Source of the DNA: Mobula hypostoma
Lineage: Eukaryota
DNA: 64,000 bases
Assembly: GCF_963921235.1 (NCBI RefSeq)
Contig: NC_086108.1
Span: 109,990,001-110,054,000 of the forward strand
Reading direction: 5' to 3'
Shown here: piece by piece, positions 25,291 through 38,302 of the stretch
Numbering within the stretch: position 1 is the first letter of the stretch
How the letters are laid out: the number at the start of each line of letters is the position of its first letter
The notes under the pieces: model-generated
What the model was told of the DNA's origin: nothing
Seen by the model: only the letters and a program-made list of their open reading frames with translations
Database searches by the model: none
Position numbers and translations under genes: made by a program

Positions 25291-27263
25291 TACACTAGTG
25301 GCACTTTATTAAGTACACTTGTATACCTGCTTGTTAATGCAAGTATCTAATCAGCCAATCATGTGGCAGCATTTCAATGCATAAAAGCATGCAGACATGG
25401 TCAAGAGGTTCAGTTACTGTTCAAACCAAACATGGGGATGGGGAAGAAATGTGATCTAAGTGACCTTGACCATGGAATGATTGATGGTGCCAGACAGGGT
25501 GGTTTGAGTATCTTAGAAACTGCTGGTCTCCTGGGATTTTCACTCACAATGGTCTCCGGACAAACAAGAAAAGATCTATTGAGCAGCAAGTTCTGTGGGT
25601 AAAAATGCCTTGTTAATGAGAGAGGATTGAGGAGAATGACCAGACTGGTTCAAGCTGACAGGAAGGTGACAGCAACTCAAATAACCACACGTTACAACAG
25701 TGGTGTGCAGAAGAGACAATAAGATATAGGAGAAGTAGGCCATTCAGTCCATCGAGTCTGTTCCACCATTCAATCATGGCTGATCCAATTCTTCTAGTCA
25801 TCCCAACTCCCCCGCCTTCTCCCCATACCCTTTAATGCCCTGGCTAATCAAGAACCTAGCTATCTCTGCCTTAAATGCACCCAATGACTTGGCCTCCACA
25901 GTTGCTCGTGGCAACAAATTCCACAGATTCCACCCTCTGACTAAAGAAATTTCTCCACATCTCTGTTCTAAATGGACGTCCTTCAATCCTGATGTTATGC
26001 CCTCTTGTCCTAGGCTCCCCTATCATGGGAAATAACTTTGCCATATCTAATCTGTTCAGGCCTTTTAACATTCAGAATTCTTCTATGAGATCCCCCCTCA
26101 TTTTCCTGAACTCCAGGGAATACAGCCCAAGAGCTGCCAGAAGTTCTTCATACAGTAACCCTTTCATTCCTGGAATCATTCTTGTGAATCTTCTCTGAAC
26201 CCTCTCCAATGTCAGTATATCCTTTCTAAAATAAGGAGCCTAAAACTACACACAATACTCCAAGTGTGATCTCACGAGTGCCTTATAGAGCCTCAACATC
26301 ACATCCCTGCTCTTATATTCTATACCTCTAGAAATGAATACCAACATTACATTCACCTTCTTCACCACTGACTCAACCTGGAGGTTAACCTTTAGGGTAT
26401 GCTGCACAAGTCCCTTTGCATTTCTGTATTTTGAATTCTCCACCCATCTAAGTAATAGTCTGCCCATTTATTTCTTCCACCAAAGTGCATGGCCATACAC
26501 TTTCCAACATTGTATTTCATTTGCCACTTCTTTACCCATTCCCCTAAACTATCTGACTCTCTGCAGGCTCTCTGATTCCTCAACACTACCTGCTCCTCCA
26601 CCTATCTTTGTATCATTGGCAAATTTAGCCACAAATCCATTAATCCCATAGTCCACATCATTGACACACATCGTGAAAAGTCTAATGGTCCCAACACTGA
26701 CCCCTGTGGAACTCCACTGGTAACCGGCAGCCAGCCAGAATAGGATCCTTTTATTCCCACTCTCTGTTTTCTGTTGATCAGCCAATGCTCCATCCATGCT
26801 AGTAACTTCCCTGTAATTCCATGGGCTCTTATCTTGCTAAGCAGCCTTGTCAAAGACCTTCTGAAAATCCAAGTACACCACATCCACTGCATCTCTTTTG
26901 TCTATGCATGTAATTTCCTCAAAAAATTGCAGTAGGTTAGTCAAGCAGCATTTTCCTTTCAGAAAACCATGCTGGCTTTGGCCTATCTTGTCATGTGCCT
27001 CCAGGTACTCCGTAATCTCAACCCTAACTATCGGTTCCAACAACTTTCCAACCACTGATGTCAGGCTAACAGGTCTATAGTTTCCTTTCTGCTGCCTCCC
27101 ACCCTTCTTAAATAGCAGAGTAACGTTTGCAACAAGAGCATCTATGAAAGTACAACACGTTGAACCTTGAAGTGGATGGGCTACAACAGAGGACCATGAA
27201 CATACACTCAGTGAACACTTTATTAAGTACAGAAGGTATCTAATAAAGTGGCCACTGTGTGTA
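25291..27263 (+). mobile_element. Tc1/mariner non-autonomous element split by a CR1
   Basis: Left TIR at 25291; MGKKCDLSDLDHGMIDGARQGGLSILETAGLLGFS; sequence resumes at about 27134 and ends in TAATAAAGTGGCCACTGTGTGTA. Confidence 0.85.
25715..27132 (-). mobile_element. CR1 LINE ORF2 remnant (RT to 3' end)
   Basis: [48 protein letters not shown]; flanked by AAGAG on both sides. Confidence 0.9.
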
Positions 27264-27627
27264 TACATGACTACAGGCTAATGTGGCCAATCCTTGACTG
27301 CTACCTCAGCTAAGTGACCAAAGGACAATAAAAAGCAATAACAGCCACATCCTGTGAATAAGTAAATTCTAAAAATATTGTGATGACAACTCACATCTTC
27401 TCAAACAGGAAGATTTGCTCAACCATCAACCCTGGTTTGTCCAGAGACCCCTATACTTAACTTAAATACATAATTACACAAGTGATTAAAAATAGCCTAT
27501 TAGGTCAGAAAATTCCCCTCTGCCTTCTAAGGATTGGTCGTCTTAATTCTGGTGACAGAGTCATACAACTTGGAAGCAAGCCATTCAACCCAACTCGTCC
27601 ATGCCTACTAAGTTTATTATTCAACCC

Positions 27628-27861
27628 TGTTATGTTTTTGTAACTCCGAAACATAAAACTAATTGAAACAAAAACACAGAGCTGGTGATAACACATCTAT
27701 TTTGTTCTTACTTCAGTGAGGCGCATACTTATGACGTAGTGGGGTAATGGCGTATGCCATTCACATCCTTTTACATGCAACCCATAATGAGTTATATAAA
27801 CAACAAACATGATTAATCCAACAATTTACTCAAATATTACTGAAATATTAAAAACAGAACA
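27628..27861. mobile_element. Short solo LTR
   Basis: TGTT...AACA ends, 234 bp, flanked by AACCC/AAGCC (5-bp TSD, one mismatch). Confidence 0.6.
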
Positions 27862-27897
27862 AAGCCCACACATGTATGCAGCTATAGAGGTGTGCAA

Positions 27898-28268
27898 GAA
27901 AATGAGAGGTGACCTGATAGAGGTGTATAAGATAATGAGAGGCATTGATCGTGCAGATAGTCAGAGGCTTTTCCCCAGGGCTGAAATGGCTAGCACGAGA
28001 GGGCATAGTTTTAAGGTGCTTGGAAGTAGCTACAGAGGAGATGTCAGGGGTAAGTTTTTTTTATGCAGAGTGTGGTGTGTGTGTGGAACAGGCTGCCAGT
28101 GGCGGCGGAAACGACAGGGTCTTTTAAGAGTCTCTTGGATGACTACACAGAGCTTAGAAAAATAGAGGGCTATGGGTAAAGCCTAGGTAGTTTTAAGGCA
28201 GGGACATGCTCAGCACAGCTTTGTGGGCCAAAGGGCCTGTATTGTGCTGTAGTTTTCTGTTTCTATGT
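27898..28268 (+). mobile_element. CR1 LINE 3' end
   Basis: MRGDLIEVYKIMRGIDRADSQRLFP; TTTCTRTG tail. Confidence 0.85.
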
Positions 28269-29616
28269 TTAAACAAAACAATGTTCCTCAGGGAGCAAGG
28301 TGCAAAACATATACCACATACTACACATAAAATAATATTAACAGATAATAAAAAGGTATTCTGTAGAAGTCATAAACACAAAATACTCTGCAGATGCTGG
28401 GGTCAAAGCAACACTCACAACACGCTGGAGGAATTCAGCAGGTCGGGCAGCATCCGTGAAAATGATCAGTCAACGTTTCAGGCCGGAACCCTTCAGAGTG
28501 TTGTGAGTATTATTCTGTAGAAGTACAAGTTGCCAGAAAATGCATACAAGATACATAGTTAAATACACAACAGTATAATTCTACTGGTGCTGTCATGAAC
28601 AATGTGTACTGGGTGGTAGCAGGGTGCTCAGAAGTGCCTGGGAGGGAAGGAAAGTAGCTGCTACACAGTCTAACAGTCCATGTTCTAATACCGTGGTACC
28701 TTCTGCCCTGATGGTAGGAGATCAAAGCAATTGTGATTCTGATGGAAGGGGTCATTGACAATGCTGAGGGCTCTGCGAACACATTGCCCAGTGAGTTAGT
28801 GCCATCTGCCTGCCTTTGGCCCACAGCCCTCTAAACCTCTCCTATCCATATACAGACCACGGTGACCTTTACACATTGCTAATGTCCTGCCTCAGCCACT
28901 GTCTCTGGCAGCTCATTCCAAATACTCACCACGCTTGCATAAAGAAGCTGTCCCTGATGTCCCTTTTAAATCTCTCATCTCTGTACTCTTGCTTTTAAGC
29001 AACACCCTCCCTGGGGAAAAAAAAGACCATCAGCTTTCAACCTGTCTATGCTCCTTATGGTCTTATAAGCCTCTGCAAGGTCACCCCTCAATCACCTACG
29101 TTCTATGCAACCTCTCCTTGTAACTCAGGCCTCCATGTCCAGGAAACTTTCTGTCTCTATGCATCCCAACTTATCAATGCTGACCCATCTATATCAATCC
29201 TGCTTACTGACTTTCACTGCTCTGGGGGATGTATCTTCAATGTTGAAAGGCCAAGGTAGTATAAATGTGGAAAGTATGTTTTCTATTATGTGCGAGTCTC
29301 AGTCCAGAGGGCGCAGCCTCAGATGTCCATCTAGGACAGAGATGAGGAGGAATTTCTTTAGCCAGAGAGTGATGAATCATTGCCACAGATGGCTATGGAG
29401 ACCAAGTTTTTGGGTATATTTAAAGCAGAGGTTGATAGGTTCTTGATTGGTAGGGCTGTTAAAGGGTATGAGGAGAAGGCTGGAGTATTCTCTATACAAT
29501 CCTGTTATCCATATAAATTAGTTAATAACTACCAAATTAAACATCCACCTTCACAACATCTAGATCAATATGGGGAAACTGTCATCCAGCATCCTGGTGA
29601 ATCTCCTCTGCAGTGA

Positions 29617-29830
29617 CACATACAAAATGCTGGAGGAACTCAGCAGGTCAGGCAGCATCTATGGAGGGGAATGAACAGCAGACTTTTCAGGTCGGGACCC
29701 TTCAGTAGTCCTAATGAAGAGTCTCATTCGGAAATGTCGATTGTTTATTCATTTCCATAGAATAACCTGCTGATTCCTCCAGCATTTCGTGTGTGTTGCT
29801 CTGGATTTCCAGCATCTGCAGAATCTCTCA
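29617..29830. mobile_element. Palindromic PLE-terminus mini-element (older subfamily)
   Basis: AAATGCTGGAGGAACTCAGCAGGT...ACCTGCTGATTCCTCCAGCATTT inverted arms around decayed hammerhead halves. Confidence 0.8.
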
Positions 29831-30339
29831 TGATTATGAATCTCCTGGAGACCAGACAGACACACACACGCACACGCAATGATCATCTACTCTCGCAAAC
29901 GGATCTGAAGCGAATTTGCAGAAACCAGGGCAGTTCATCGAAGAAAAAGCACCAGTTGTGTGCAAGTCCCCAAATCCCAACAATTTTTTCCTGCCCCGTT
30001 TCTACCCGCTGCCATCTCGTGTTACCCTCAGAACTCCCCTGGTCAGCAAAACTGCCCAACACGGGTTTAACCCAGGGGGAAATGGGCGGTGTGGTGCCGT
30101 CCCCACCCTCGCCAACACGGAAGTTGAGCGGACGCCTTTCTCCCCGCCCCCTCCCATTATGTATGAGAGGCCGCCGGTTACCTGGTTACCGAACCGGAGC
30201 AGCACCAGGAAGCGGGCACACTGTCTGAAACCGTACAAAGAACACCGTTCCCTCCACCCTTTCGGAGAGAGAGGAAGGGAGGGGAGAATGGGGGAGAGGG
30301 TAGAGAGGAGGGGAGAGGAGCGTGGGGTGGAGAAAGGAG

Positions 30340-30548
30340 GAGGGGGGACCGGGGAGGTGTAGGAGGTGATAGGTGGGGAGTGGGCGCCGTCAGAGTGGAG
30401 GGGGACCGGGGAGGTGTAGGAGGTGATAGGTGAGGAGTGGGGAGTGGGGGCCGTCAGAGTGGAGGAGGGGGACCAGGGAGGTGTAGGAGGTGATAGGTGG
30501 GGAGTGGGGGCCGTCAGAGTGGAGGATGGGGGAGATGGGGGACCGGGG
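30340..30548. repeat. G-rich minisatellite (~55-65 bp unit)
   Basis: GGGGACCRGGGAGGTGTAGGAGGTGATAGGTG...GCCGTCAGAGTGGAGG repeated three times. Confidence 0.85.
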
Positions 30549-31582
30549 TGGCAAAGATGGGGTACTGGTGGAAGCGAGGGGAGGATGAAAGGATGGAGAT
30601 AAGAGGGAGAGGGGAAGAGGGGAGGAGAGCACCGCGGGTATTCTGTTTTTATTGACCATTAACAAGTGAAATAGACCGGACAGGATAACAAACCGCCCGC
30701 CGGCTGCTTCAGATGAGCTGGATCGCAAATACAATCACCGTGCTCTCAGCAAGGTTACAATCACCTTGTTAAAATGTTGCATTAAACATCCCTGCACAGG
30801 TTCCCTGTGATATTTCTGTTACAACGTTATAGCTAGCTCCGCTGTTGATACAACGTGTCGCATTAACCCGGTACGTTGTTACTGTTTTCGCACTGTTACA
30901 ATGGACTGGCAGGAGTCTATGCCTTACCACCGTTGGAGATCCCGGTTCCGCTCCCGCTCTCTTCGCTCCGGCGCTCGGTTACTACCCGCTGAGCAGGCAC
31001 ATCAACACAGGCGCTTTAACCGAGAGCCCCGCCCGGATACAATCGTCTCCCGCACGCCTTCCTTGCGTATTGGATTCCCTGCTTATTTGATCATAGCGAT
31101 TCCAAACGGCTCCTGAATCAATGGGCGGAATACTGGCGGGGCTTGGAGCTTTGGGAAGGGCGGGACTACTCTGAAAGCCCAGCCCTGGCCCGCTCAGGTC
31201 TGCAGGATCGCCTCCTCATCGCCCTGTCTTTGCCCTTGCGTGTTACGTGGGTCGCGGGTAGCAAGTGGGCGCATATTCCCTCGCATAAGCGCCAGAAATT
31301 ACGTGCAACGCGTTCGCCCTGTCATACGGGAGGGGGGGGGTGAGTTAGCTCAGCTCTCTGAATTTAAATGTCCCTGAATAGACGATGAATCAACCCATGA
31401 ACCCTACCACACTATTTTGCTTTTTTTTCATATATATATAGATTTGTAATGTTTTATATAATGCACTGTAATGCTGCCGTATACAACACATTTTGCGATG
31501 TATGCCGGTGATAGTAAACCTGATTCTGCCCCGCCCGCCCGGAGTTGTCAAGTTGAAGCCCCTCCCACGCCCCCTCACTCAC

Positions 31583-31700
31583 CCAGATAGTCCTCCCGCC
31601 TCAGCACGGGCCGTCTCTGGGCTCTCAGACATCCGACCTTCCACTCCACCGGGACTCGCCGGTCACAGGACTTTGATCTACCTACATCCCAGCTCCCTCA
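31583..31700 (-). other. Candidate first exon, minus strand (possible start MSESPETARAEAGGLS)
   Basis: Donor TGG|GTGAGT (ACTCAC 31577-31582); ATG at 31632-31630 is open up to the donor (phase 2). 5' end is a guess. Confidence 0.4.
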
Positions 31701-31719
31701 TTTAGCGGACGATGTTAGG

Positions 31720-31802
31720 GTAACAGACCAGGACGTCGGTCCCTGGAGTGAAGGCGGCTGAGGGACGGCCTTACCGAGGTGCTCCGTTGGCCGGGGTCAA
31801 CC
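31720..31802 (+). other. Candidate non-coding first exon, plus strand
   Basis: Donor ACC|GTGAGT at 31803-31808 inside the CpG island; no ATG runs into it. 5' end is a guess. Confidence 0.4.
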
Positions 31803-32106
31803 GTGAGTGTTGCGTCCCGGCTGCCTGTGTAAAACGCAAGCCGGGACAGTGTTGCCCATGTGGCAAGCTCCCCCTCCCCCTCCCCCGCCACCCGCCACAG
31901 TTTGGTACCAGCGGCGTGGAGTTGCAGGAGCTGCCAGTCAGTATTGAACTTAACGGAGGGATTCCATCTCCGGACTTTTCCTCGGGGTTTATTCCCCATG
32001 AGTGGGTATAACAGCGAGGTAGCAGAGATTTGCGATCAGAGTTTCCCTTCTCCTAGATGAGCTGCCAAACCTGGCTGACGAGCCCCATCTGCCCGGGGTG
32101 ACCTGA

Positions 32107-32489
32107 TCATCATCACTATGTGCCGCGTCGTATGACGTGCGCGATCAAGATCTTGGCCACGATTGTTCTTGACAATTTTTTGTACATAAGTGATCTGCCA
32201 TTGCCTTCTTCTGGGCAGTGCCTTTACAAGACGGGTGACCCCAGTCATTGTCAATTCTCTTCAGAGATTGTCTGCCTGTTGTCAGTGGTCACATAACCAG
32301 GACTTGTGATCTGCACCGGCTGCTCGTACAACCATCCACCCACCTGCTCCCATGGCTTCACGTGACCCTGATTGGGGGGCGGGGGGCTGAGCAGGTACCG
32401 CGCCCTGCCCGAGGGCGACCCGCAGGCTAGCAGAGGGAAGCAGCGCCTTACACCTCCTTTGTTAGAAACGTATCTCCACACCGCCACCA
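32107..32489 (-). mobile_element. Short non-autonomous retroelement with RTE-like tail (copy 2)
   Basis: Reverse complement is colinear with 1397-1804 and keeps more CpGs; (GAT)n tail. Confidence 0.8.
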
Positions 32490-32490
32490 T

Positions 32491-33315
32491 GTCACCACAT
32501 ACAACCCTGAGATTCTTTTACTGCGGGCATACTTAGCAAATCTAAGGAACAGTAACTGTCAGCAATATCAATAGACAACAAACTGTGCAACTGCAGATAT
32601 AAATACATAGCAATAAATAAACAGCATGAAATAACAAGATAAAAGAGTGCATAAATGAGTGTAAACACGAGGAAATCTGCAGATGCTGGAAATTCAAGCA
32701 ACACACGCAAAACGCTGGTGAACGCAGCAGGCCAGGCAGCATCTATAGGAAGAGGTACAGTCGATGCCTTGGCCTGAAACGCCGACTGTGCCTCTTCCTA
32801 TAGATGTTGTCTGGCCTGCTGCGTTCACCAGCATTTTGTGCGTGTTCTGTAAATGAGTGTAGTTAGTTTGAGAGCCCGACGATTGAGGGGTAGTAACTGT
32901 TCTCGAACCTGGTGGTGTGAGTTCTGGGGCACCTGTACCTTCTAACTGATGGCAGCAGTGCGAAAAGAGCATGGCCTGGGTGCTGAGGATCTCTAACGAT
33001 GGATGCTGCTTCTCTATGGCAACGTTTCATGTAGATGTGCTCAGTGGTTGGGAGGATTTTATCATGAAGTCCTGGGCTGAATATATTACCTTTTGTAGGA
33101 TTTTCCATTCAAGGGCATTGATGTTCCCATTCCAGGCCAAATGCAGCCAGTCAGCACACTTTCCACCACACAGCTATAGAAGTTTCCCAAGGTTTTTGAT
33201 GACATGCTAAATCTCCGCAGACTCCTGGGGAAGTAGAGGCACTGTTGTGCTTTTACTGCCATTATTTTTATGTGATGGGACCAGGACAGGTCCTCTGAGA
33301 TAGTGACCCCCAGGA
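32491..33315 (-). mobile_element. Rex1/Babar-type LINE 3' part, containing a PLE palindrome at 32663-32845
   Basis: EAASIVRDPQHPGHALFALLPSVRRYR and FLGVTISEDLSWSHH; inverted PLE-end arms inserted in its 3' UTR. Confidence 0.8.
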
Positions 33316-34229
33316 ACACCCATAAGGGTTGTAAATGGATGGTCACTGTCCATTCCCCAGCACAAGTGAGTCCCAAACTCAGCAGCATAGACTAGGGTGA
33401 GAGGGGAATGATTTAAATAAGAGAGACTTTTTTTCATGGAGTGTGGTGAGTGTCTGGAGCAAGAGGAAGTAGTTGAGGCAGGTACAATAGTATCTTTTAA
33501 GAAGCACTTCTTTAACTTTGACAAACTTCTGTAGATGCACAGTGAAGATTATCCTGATTGGTTGCATCATAGCCTGATACAGAAACCCAAAGACCGGGAA
33601 CTGAATAGAGCAGGGGTTTACAACATGGGTGTCCACTGACCCTTCGGTGAACGATTGGGGTCTATGACATAAAAAAGGTTGCAAACCCCTGGAACAGGGG
33701 GACAACCATTTAGAATGAGAACGAGGAGGAATTTCTTTAGCCAGAGGGTGGTAAATTTTTGGAATTCATTGCCACACGCAGCTGTAGAGGCCAAGTCACT
33801 GGGGTAGGTTTAAAGTGGAGGTTGATAGGTTCTTGATTAGTCAGGGTATCAAAGGTTACAGGAAGAAGGCAGGAGAATGGGATTGAGAGAGATAATAAAT
33901 CAGCCATGATGGAATGGCAGAAAAGACTCGATGAGCTGAATGGCCTAACTCTGCTGCTACGTATGTTTTATGGTCTAATTCTAATACAGACTGTCCCAGA
34001 TTATGAACTGGTTCCATTTATACAGACATCCATAAATTGCGAGTCCTGAAGAAGGGGCTCAGCTGTTTATTCCTCTTCATAGATGCTGCCTGATCTGCTG
34101 AGTTCCTCCAGCACTTTGTGTGATTGACAAATTGATTTGTCTATAAATGGGAAGTACTCAGAATCACAATATGGTAACCACGTCTCCACAGTTTGGTAGT
34201 GAACAGTGCTGGTGAGGACCAATTCACAT

Positions 34230-35000
34230 TATCAGAATTAGGATTATTATCATTTTCACATATGATGTGAAAATTGTTGTTTGTTGCAGCGGAATGGTGC
34301 CAAGACATAAATAAATAATGTAAAAAAAGGAATAATGAGGTGGTGTTCATGCTTTCATGGGGCGGAGGGAAGGGGAAGAAGCTGTTTCTGAATCAGTTTT
34401 TAAGCTCCTCTACCTCCTCTCCAATGGTAGGAATGAGAAGAGGGCACATCTCAGATGGTGAGGGTCCTTAATGATGGATGCCGCCTTCTTGAAATAGCGC
34501 CACTTGAAGATGCCCTCGATGGTGGGGAGGGTTGTGCCCATCAAGGACCTGTCTGAGTCTACAGCCCTGTGCAGCCCCTTACTCTCCTGTGCAGTGTCCC
34601 CTCCATACCATACGGTGATGCAACCAGTCAGAATGCTCTCCACTGTACGTCTGCAGAAACATGCTAAAGTCTTTCGTTATGTATCAAATCTCCTTAAACT
34701 CCTACTGAAGTAGGGTGACTGACTTGCCTTCCTTGTCATTGTATTGATGAGTCGGCCCCAGGATAGATCCTCCAGGATGTTGATGCCCAGGAACATGAAG
34801 CTTCTCACCCTTTCACTACAGACCCCTCGATGAGGTCTGGTGAGTGTTCTCCCAACTTCCGCCTCCTGAGGTCCGCAATCAAGTCCTTGGTCCTGCTGAT
34901 ACTGAGTGCAGGATTGATGTTGCAACACTCTCCGCCAGCTAATCTATCCTGGTCTTGTATATCCCCTCAGCCACATCTGGCTCTATAGTATCTTCAAAAT
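34230..35000 (-). mobile_element. Rex1/Babar-type LINE 3' part
   Basis: ESILTGCITVWYG...KKAASIIKDPHH; FLGINILEDLSW. Confidence 0.8.
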
Positions 35001-35051
35001 GTTTATTGAAATCTGACCAAATAGCATAACTAAAATTCTGTAAATACCATC

Positions 35052-35600
35052 ATAGGACCATAAGACATAGGAGAATGATTGGGCCATTCAGCCCATCAAG
35101 TCTGCTCTGCCATTCCATCGTGGCCAATTTACTATCCCTCTCAACCCCATTCTTCTGCCTTCTCCCTGTAACCTTTGAAGCCCTTACCAATTAAGAATCT
35201 ATCAAACCTCCACTTTAAATATATCCAATGACTTAACCCTCACAGCCTTCTGTGGCAATGAATCACACAGATTTGCTACTCTCTGGCTAAGGAAATTCCC
35301 CCTCATCTCTGTTCTAAATGGACATCCTTCAGTTCTATGTCTTCTGGTCCTAAACTCCCCCACGATAGGAAACATCCTCATCACATCTGCTCTGTCTAGG
35401 CCTTTCAATATTCAATATGCCTTAATGAGATCCCTCCTCAATCTTCTAAACTCCAGCAAGTACAGACCCAGAGCCATCAAAGCTCGTCATATGTTAACCT
35501 TTTCATTCCTGGGATCATTCTTGTGAACTTTCTCCAGACCCTCTCCAATGCCAGCACGTTGTTTCTTCGATAAGGGGCCCCAGAATGGACATGACAAGCC
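35052..35600 (-). mobile_element. CR1 LINE 3' end
   Basis: KGLDRADVMRMFP...NFLSQRVANL. Confidence 0.85.
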
Positions 35601-35647
35601 TCTTCACCGGAGATACTACCCTTCCCTGGACACCCCATACACCCCTT

Positions 35648-35679
<32 letters not shown>

Positions 35680-35871
35680 CCGTGTAGTGTGTGGGTTTTC
35701 CCCGGATGTGCTCCGCTTTCCTCCCACAGTCCAAAGACGTACCGGTTAGGTTAATTGGTCTTTGTAAATTGTCCATGATTGGGTTAGGATTATATCGAGG
35801 TTGTTGGGGATTGCTAGGTGGTGTAGCTCAAAGGGCCAGAAGGGCCTATATCTCTAAATAAATAGATATAT

Positions 35872-36100
35872 ATACAGTTAGGGTGCCTACGTCTTTGGCA
35901 TATATACGGCCAAGGTGCCTAATTCCTGGGCATATATACAGCTAGAGTGCCTAAGTCTCAGGCATATATACAGCTAGGGTGCTTACGTCTTGGGCATATA
36001 TACAGCCAGAGTGCCTAAGTCTTGGGCATATATATGGTTGGGGTGCCAAAGTCTTAGGCATACATACAGCTAGGGTGCCTAAGACTATTCCACAGTACTA
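35872..36100. repeat. Tandem array (~31-32 bp x7) derived from a TA-flanked DNA-transposon/MITE end
   Basis: Unit ~TACAGCTAGGGTGCCTAAGTCTTGGGCATATA; array ends in ...CACAGTACTATA. Confidence 0.75.
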
Positions 36101-36399
36101 TATATATTTCTTTTCGTAACTTATAGTTTTTTATGTATTGTACTGTACTGCTACCACAAAACAATAAAGTTACTGACATATGCCGGTGATAGTAAACCTG
36201 ATTCTAACTCTGAGAACACATGTAAGGACGCTTAACAACATCCGTCCTTAAGGATCCTGACCATCCAGGTCATGCTCTCTTCTCACTGCTGCCATTAGGA
36301 AGGAGGTACAGGAGCCTCAGGTTCAGGACCTGTTACTTAACCATCTGATTCCTGAACCGGCGTGGATAACTTCACTTACATCAACACTGAACTGATTCC

Positions 36400-36978
36400 A
36401 AAGCAGGATCTCCCAGTGGCCACACATTTTAATTCCACGTCCCATTCCCATTCTGACATGTCTATCCACGGCCTCCTCTACTGTAAAGATGAAGCCACAC
36501 TCAGGTTGGAGGAACAACACCTTATATTCCGTCTGGGTAGCCTCCAACCTGATGGCATGAACATTGACTTCTCTAACTTCCGTGAATGCCCCACCTCCCC
36601 CTTGTACCCCATCTGTTATTAATTTATATACACACATTCTTTCTCTCACTCTCCTTTTTCTCCCTCTGTCCCTCTGACCCTACCCCTTGCCCATCCTCTG
36701 GGTCTCCCCCCCCCTTGTCTTTCTTCCCGGACCTCCTGTCCCATGACCCTCTCGTATCCCTTTTGCCAATCACCTGTCCAGCTCTAGGCTCCATCCCTCC
36801 CCCTCCTGTCTTCTCCTATCATTTTGGATCTCCCCCTCCCCCTCCCACTTTCAAATCTCTTCCTAACTCTTCCTTCAGTTAGTCCTGACGAAGGGTCTCG
36901 GCCTGAAACATCGACTGTACCTCTTCCTAGAGATGCTGCCTGGCCTGCTGCATTCACCAGCAACTTTGATGTGTGTTG
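36400..36978 (+). mobile_element. Penelope-like 3' part (GIY-YIG C-terminus plus hammerhead)
   Basis: KQDLPVATHFNSTSHSHSDMSIHGLLYCKDEATLRLEEQHLIFRLGSLQPDG; near-identical to 62470-63051. Confidence 0.9.
36881..36916 (+). ncRNA. Minimal type I hammerhead ribozyme motif (PLE-type)
   Basis: AGTC-CTGACGA-AGG GTCTCGG CCT-GAAA-CA-TC-GACT: helix I AGTC/GACT and intact core boxes. Confidence 0.75.
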
Positions 36979-37554
36979 CCATAACCTATCGACTCATTTT
37001 CAAGAACTTTAAAATTTGTGTTGTTGGTATTAATTATTTACATATTCATTTATTATTATGATTTGATGTTTTTGTACATCCAGTTCGTCTTCTTTTGCAC
37101 ATTTTTGACAGTTTTAGTTTGTGTGTAGTTTTCATTGATTTTGTTGTATATCTTTGTCTACTGTTAATAAAAATTCTAGAAAATGAACCTCAAGTTCATA
37201 CAATAAATAAGACCATAAGATATTGGAGCAGAATTAGGCCATTTAACCCATCAAGTCTGCTCTGCCATTTCATCATGGCTGATCCATTTTCCTTTCAGCC
37301 CCAGTCTCCTGCCTTCATCCTATATCCTCGTATGGTGACATATACATATTTTGGTTATAAATTTGCTCTGAATTTTAACTCTGATGAACAGCTGTGTACT
37401 ATAATAATGCCTCTTAGACATCTGAGGTTATATATAGCTGTTAATTTCCAAAAATAAATATAATAACTGCTTTACTATAACCGAAATGAGCTCATGTTCT
37501 TCATGAGAGCATGAAGACAGCTTGAGGTTGGTTACAAATACCACTTGTGAGTTG

Positions 37555-37750
37555 AAAGAAAGAGGGAAAGAGAGAAAGAGTGAGAGAGAGAGAAAGATAG
37601 GGGGAAAGAAAGAGAGCGAGAGAGAAAGAAAGAGAGTGGGAGGGAAAGAAAGAGAAAGAAAGGAAGGAAGAAAGAGAGAAAGTGAGAGGAAGAGAGAAAG
37701 TGAGAAAGATAAAGAGAAAGAGAATGAAAGAACGAAAGAAAAGGAAGGTT
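37555..37750. repeat. Purine-rich (GA) low-complexity tract
   Basis: Almost only A and G; explains the K/E/R-rich ORFs. Confidence 0.85.
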
Positions 37751-38302
37751 TTATTTGTCATATCAAAACACACAATGACCAACACAATCAAGTCAAGTCA
37801 AGTCACTTTTATTGTCATTACAACTATAACTGCTGGTACAGTACACAGTAAAAACGAAACAACGTTCCTACACAATGAATTGGGAGCAGCTCGCAAGTGT
37901 TGCCACTCTTCTGATGCCAACGTAGCATCTCCACAACTTACTAACTCTAATCCGTACTTCTTTGGAATGTGGGAACCAACCAGAGGACCTGGAGAAAATC
38001 CACATGGTGATGGCAAGAATGTATAATTTCCTTACAGACAGAGGTGGGAATTGGCGTTGTAAAACAATTGTCCTAATAACTATACTACCATGCCATCTGA
38101 CTTAGATGTAGGTCAGACTGGGTAAGTATGATGGGTTCCCCTCCCTTAAGGTCATTAATGTTTCAGGTGCCATTTCAAATTTGACATCGTGTAAGTCTGT
38201 GATAACAATTCTGATTCAGAGGTATAGAAAAAGTGGATAAAGTATATAAGAATGACAATAGAGTTACATAAGTAATATAATCAGATACCTTCACAAGAAC
38301 AT

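Larger units (their letters stand above)
29890..32040. promoter_or_regulatory. CpG island, probable bidirectional promoter
   Basis: Sharp CpG enrichment in unique sequence; ETS CGGAAGT (30118), GC boxes, RFX-like GGTTACCTGGTTACC (30176) and GTTAGGGTAAC (about 31714); donors on both strands. Confidence 0.75.

Noticed and set aside
37377..37429. C/D snoRNA (CTGATGA...CTGA with a short terminal stem)
   Set aside because: Only about 45 nt between boxes, and the 5' side overlaps a LINE tail.
37498..37517. Hairpin TCTTCATG-AGAG-CATGAAGA
   Set aside because: An 8-bp stem can occur by chance in 64 kb and is too short for a pre-miRNA.
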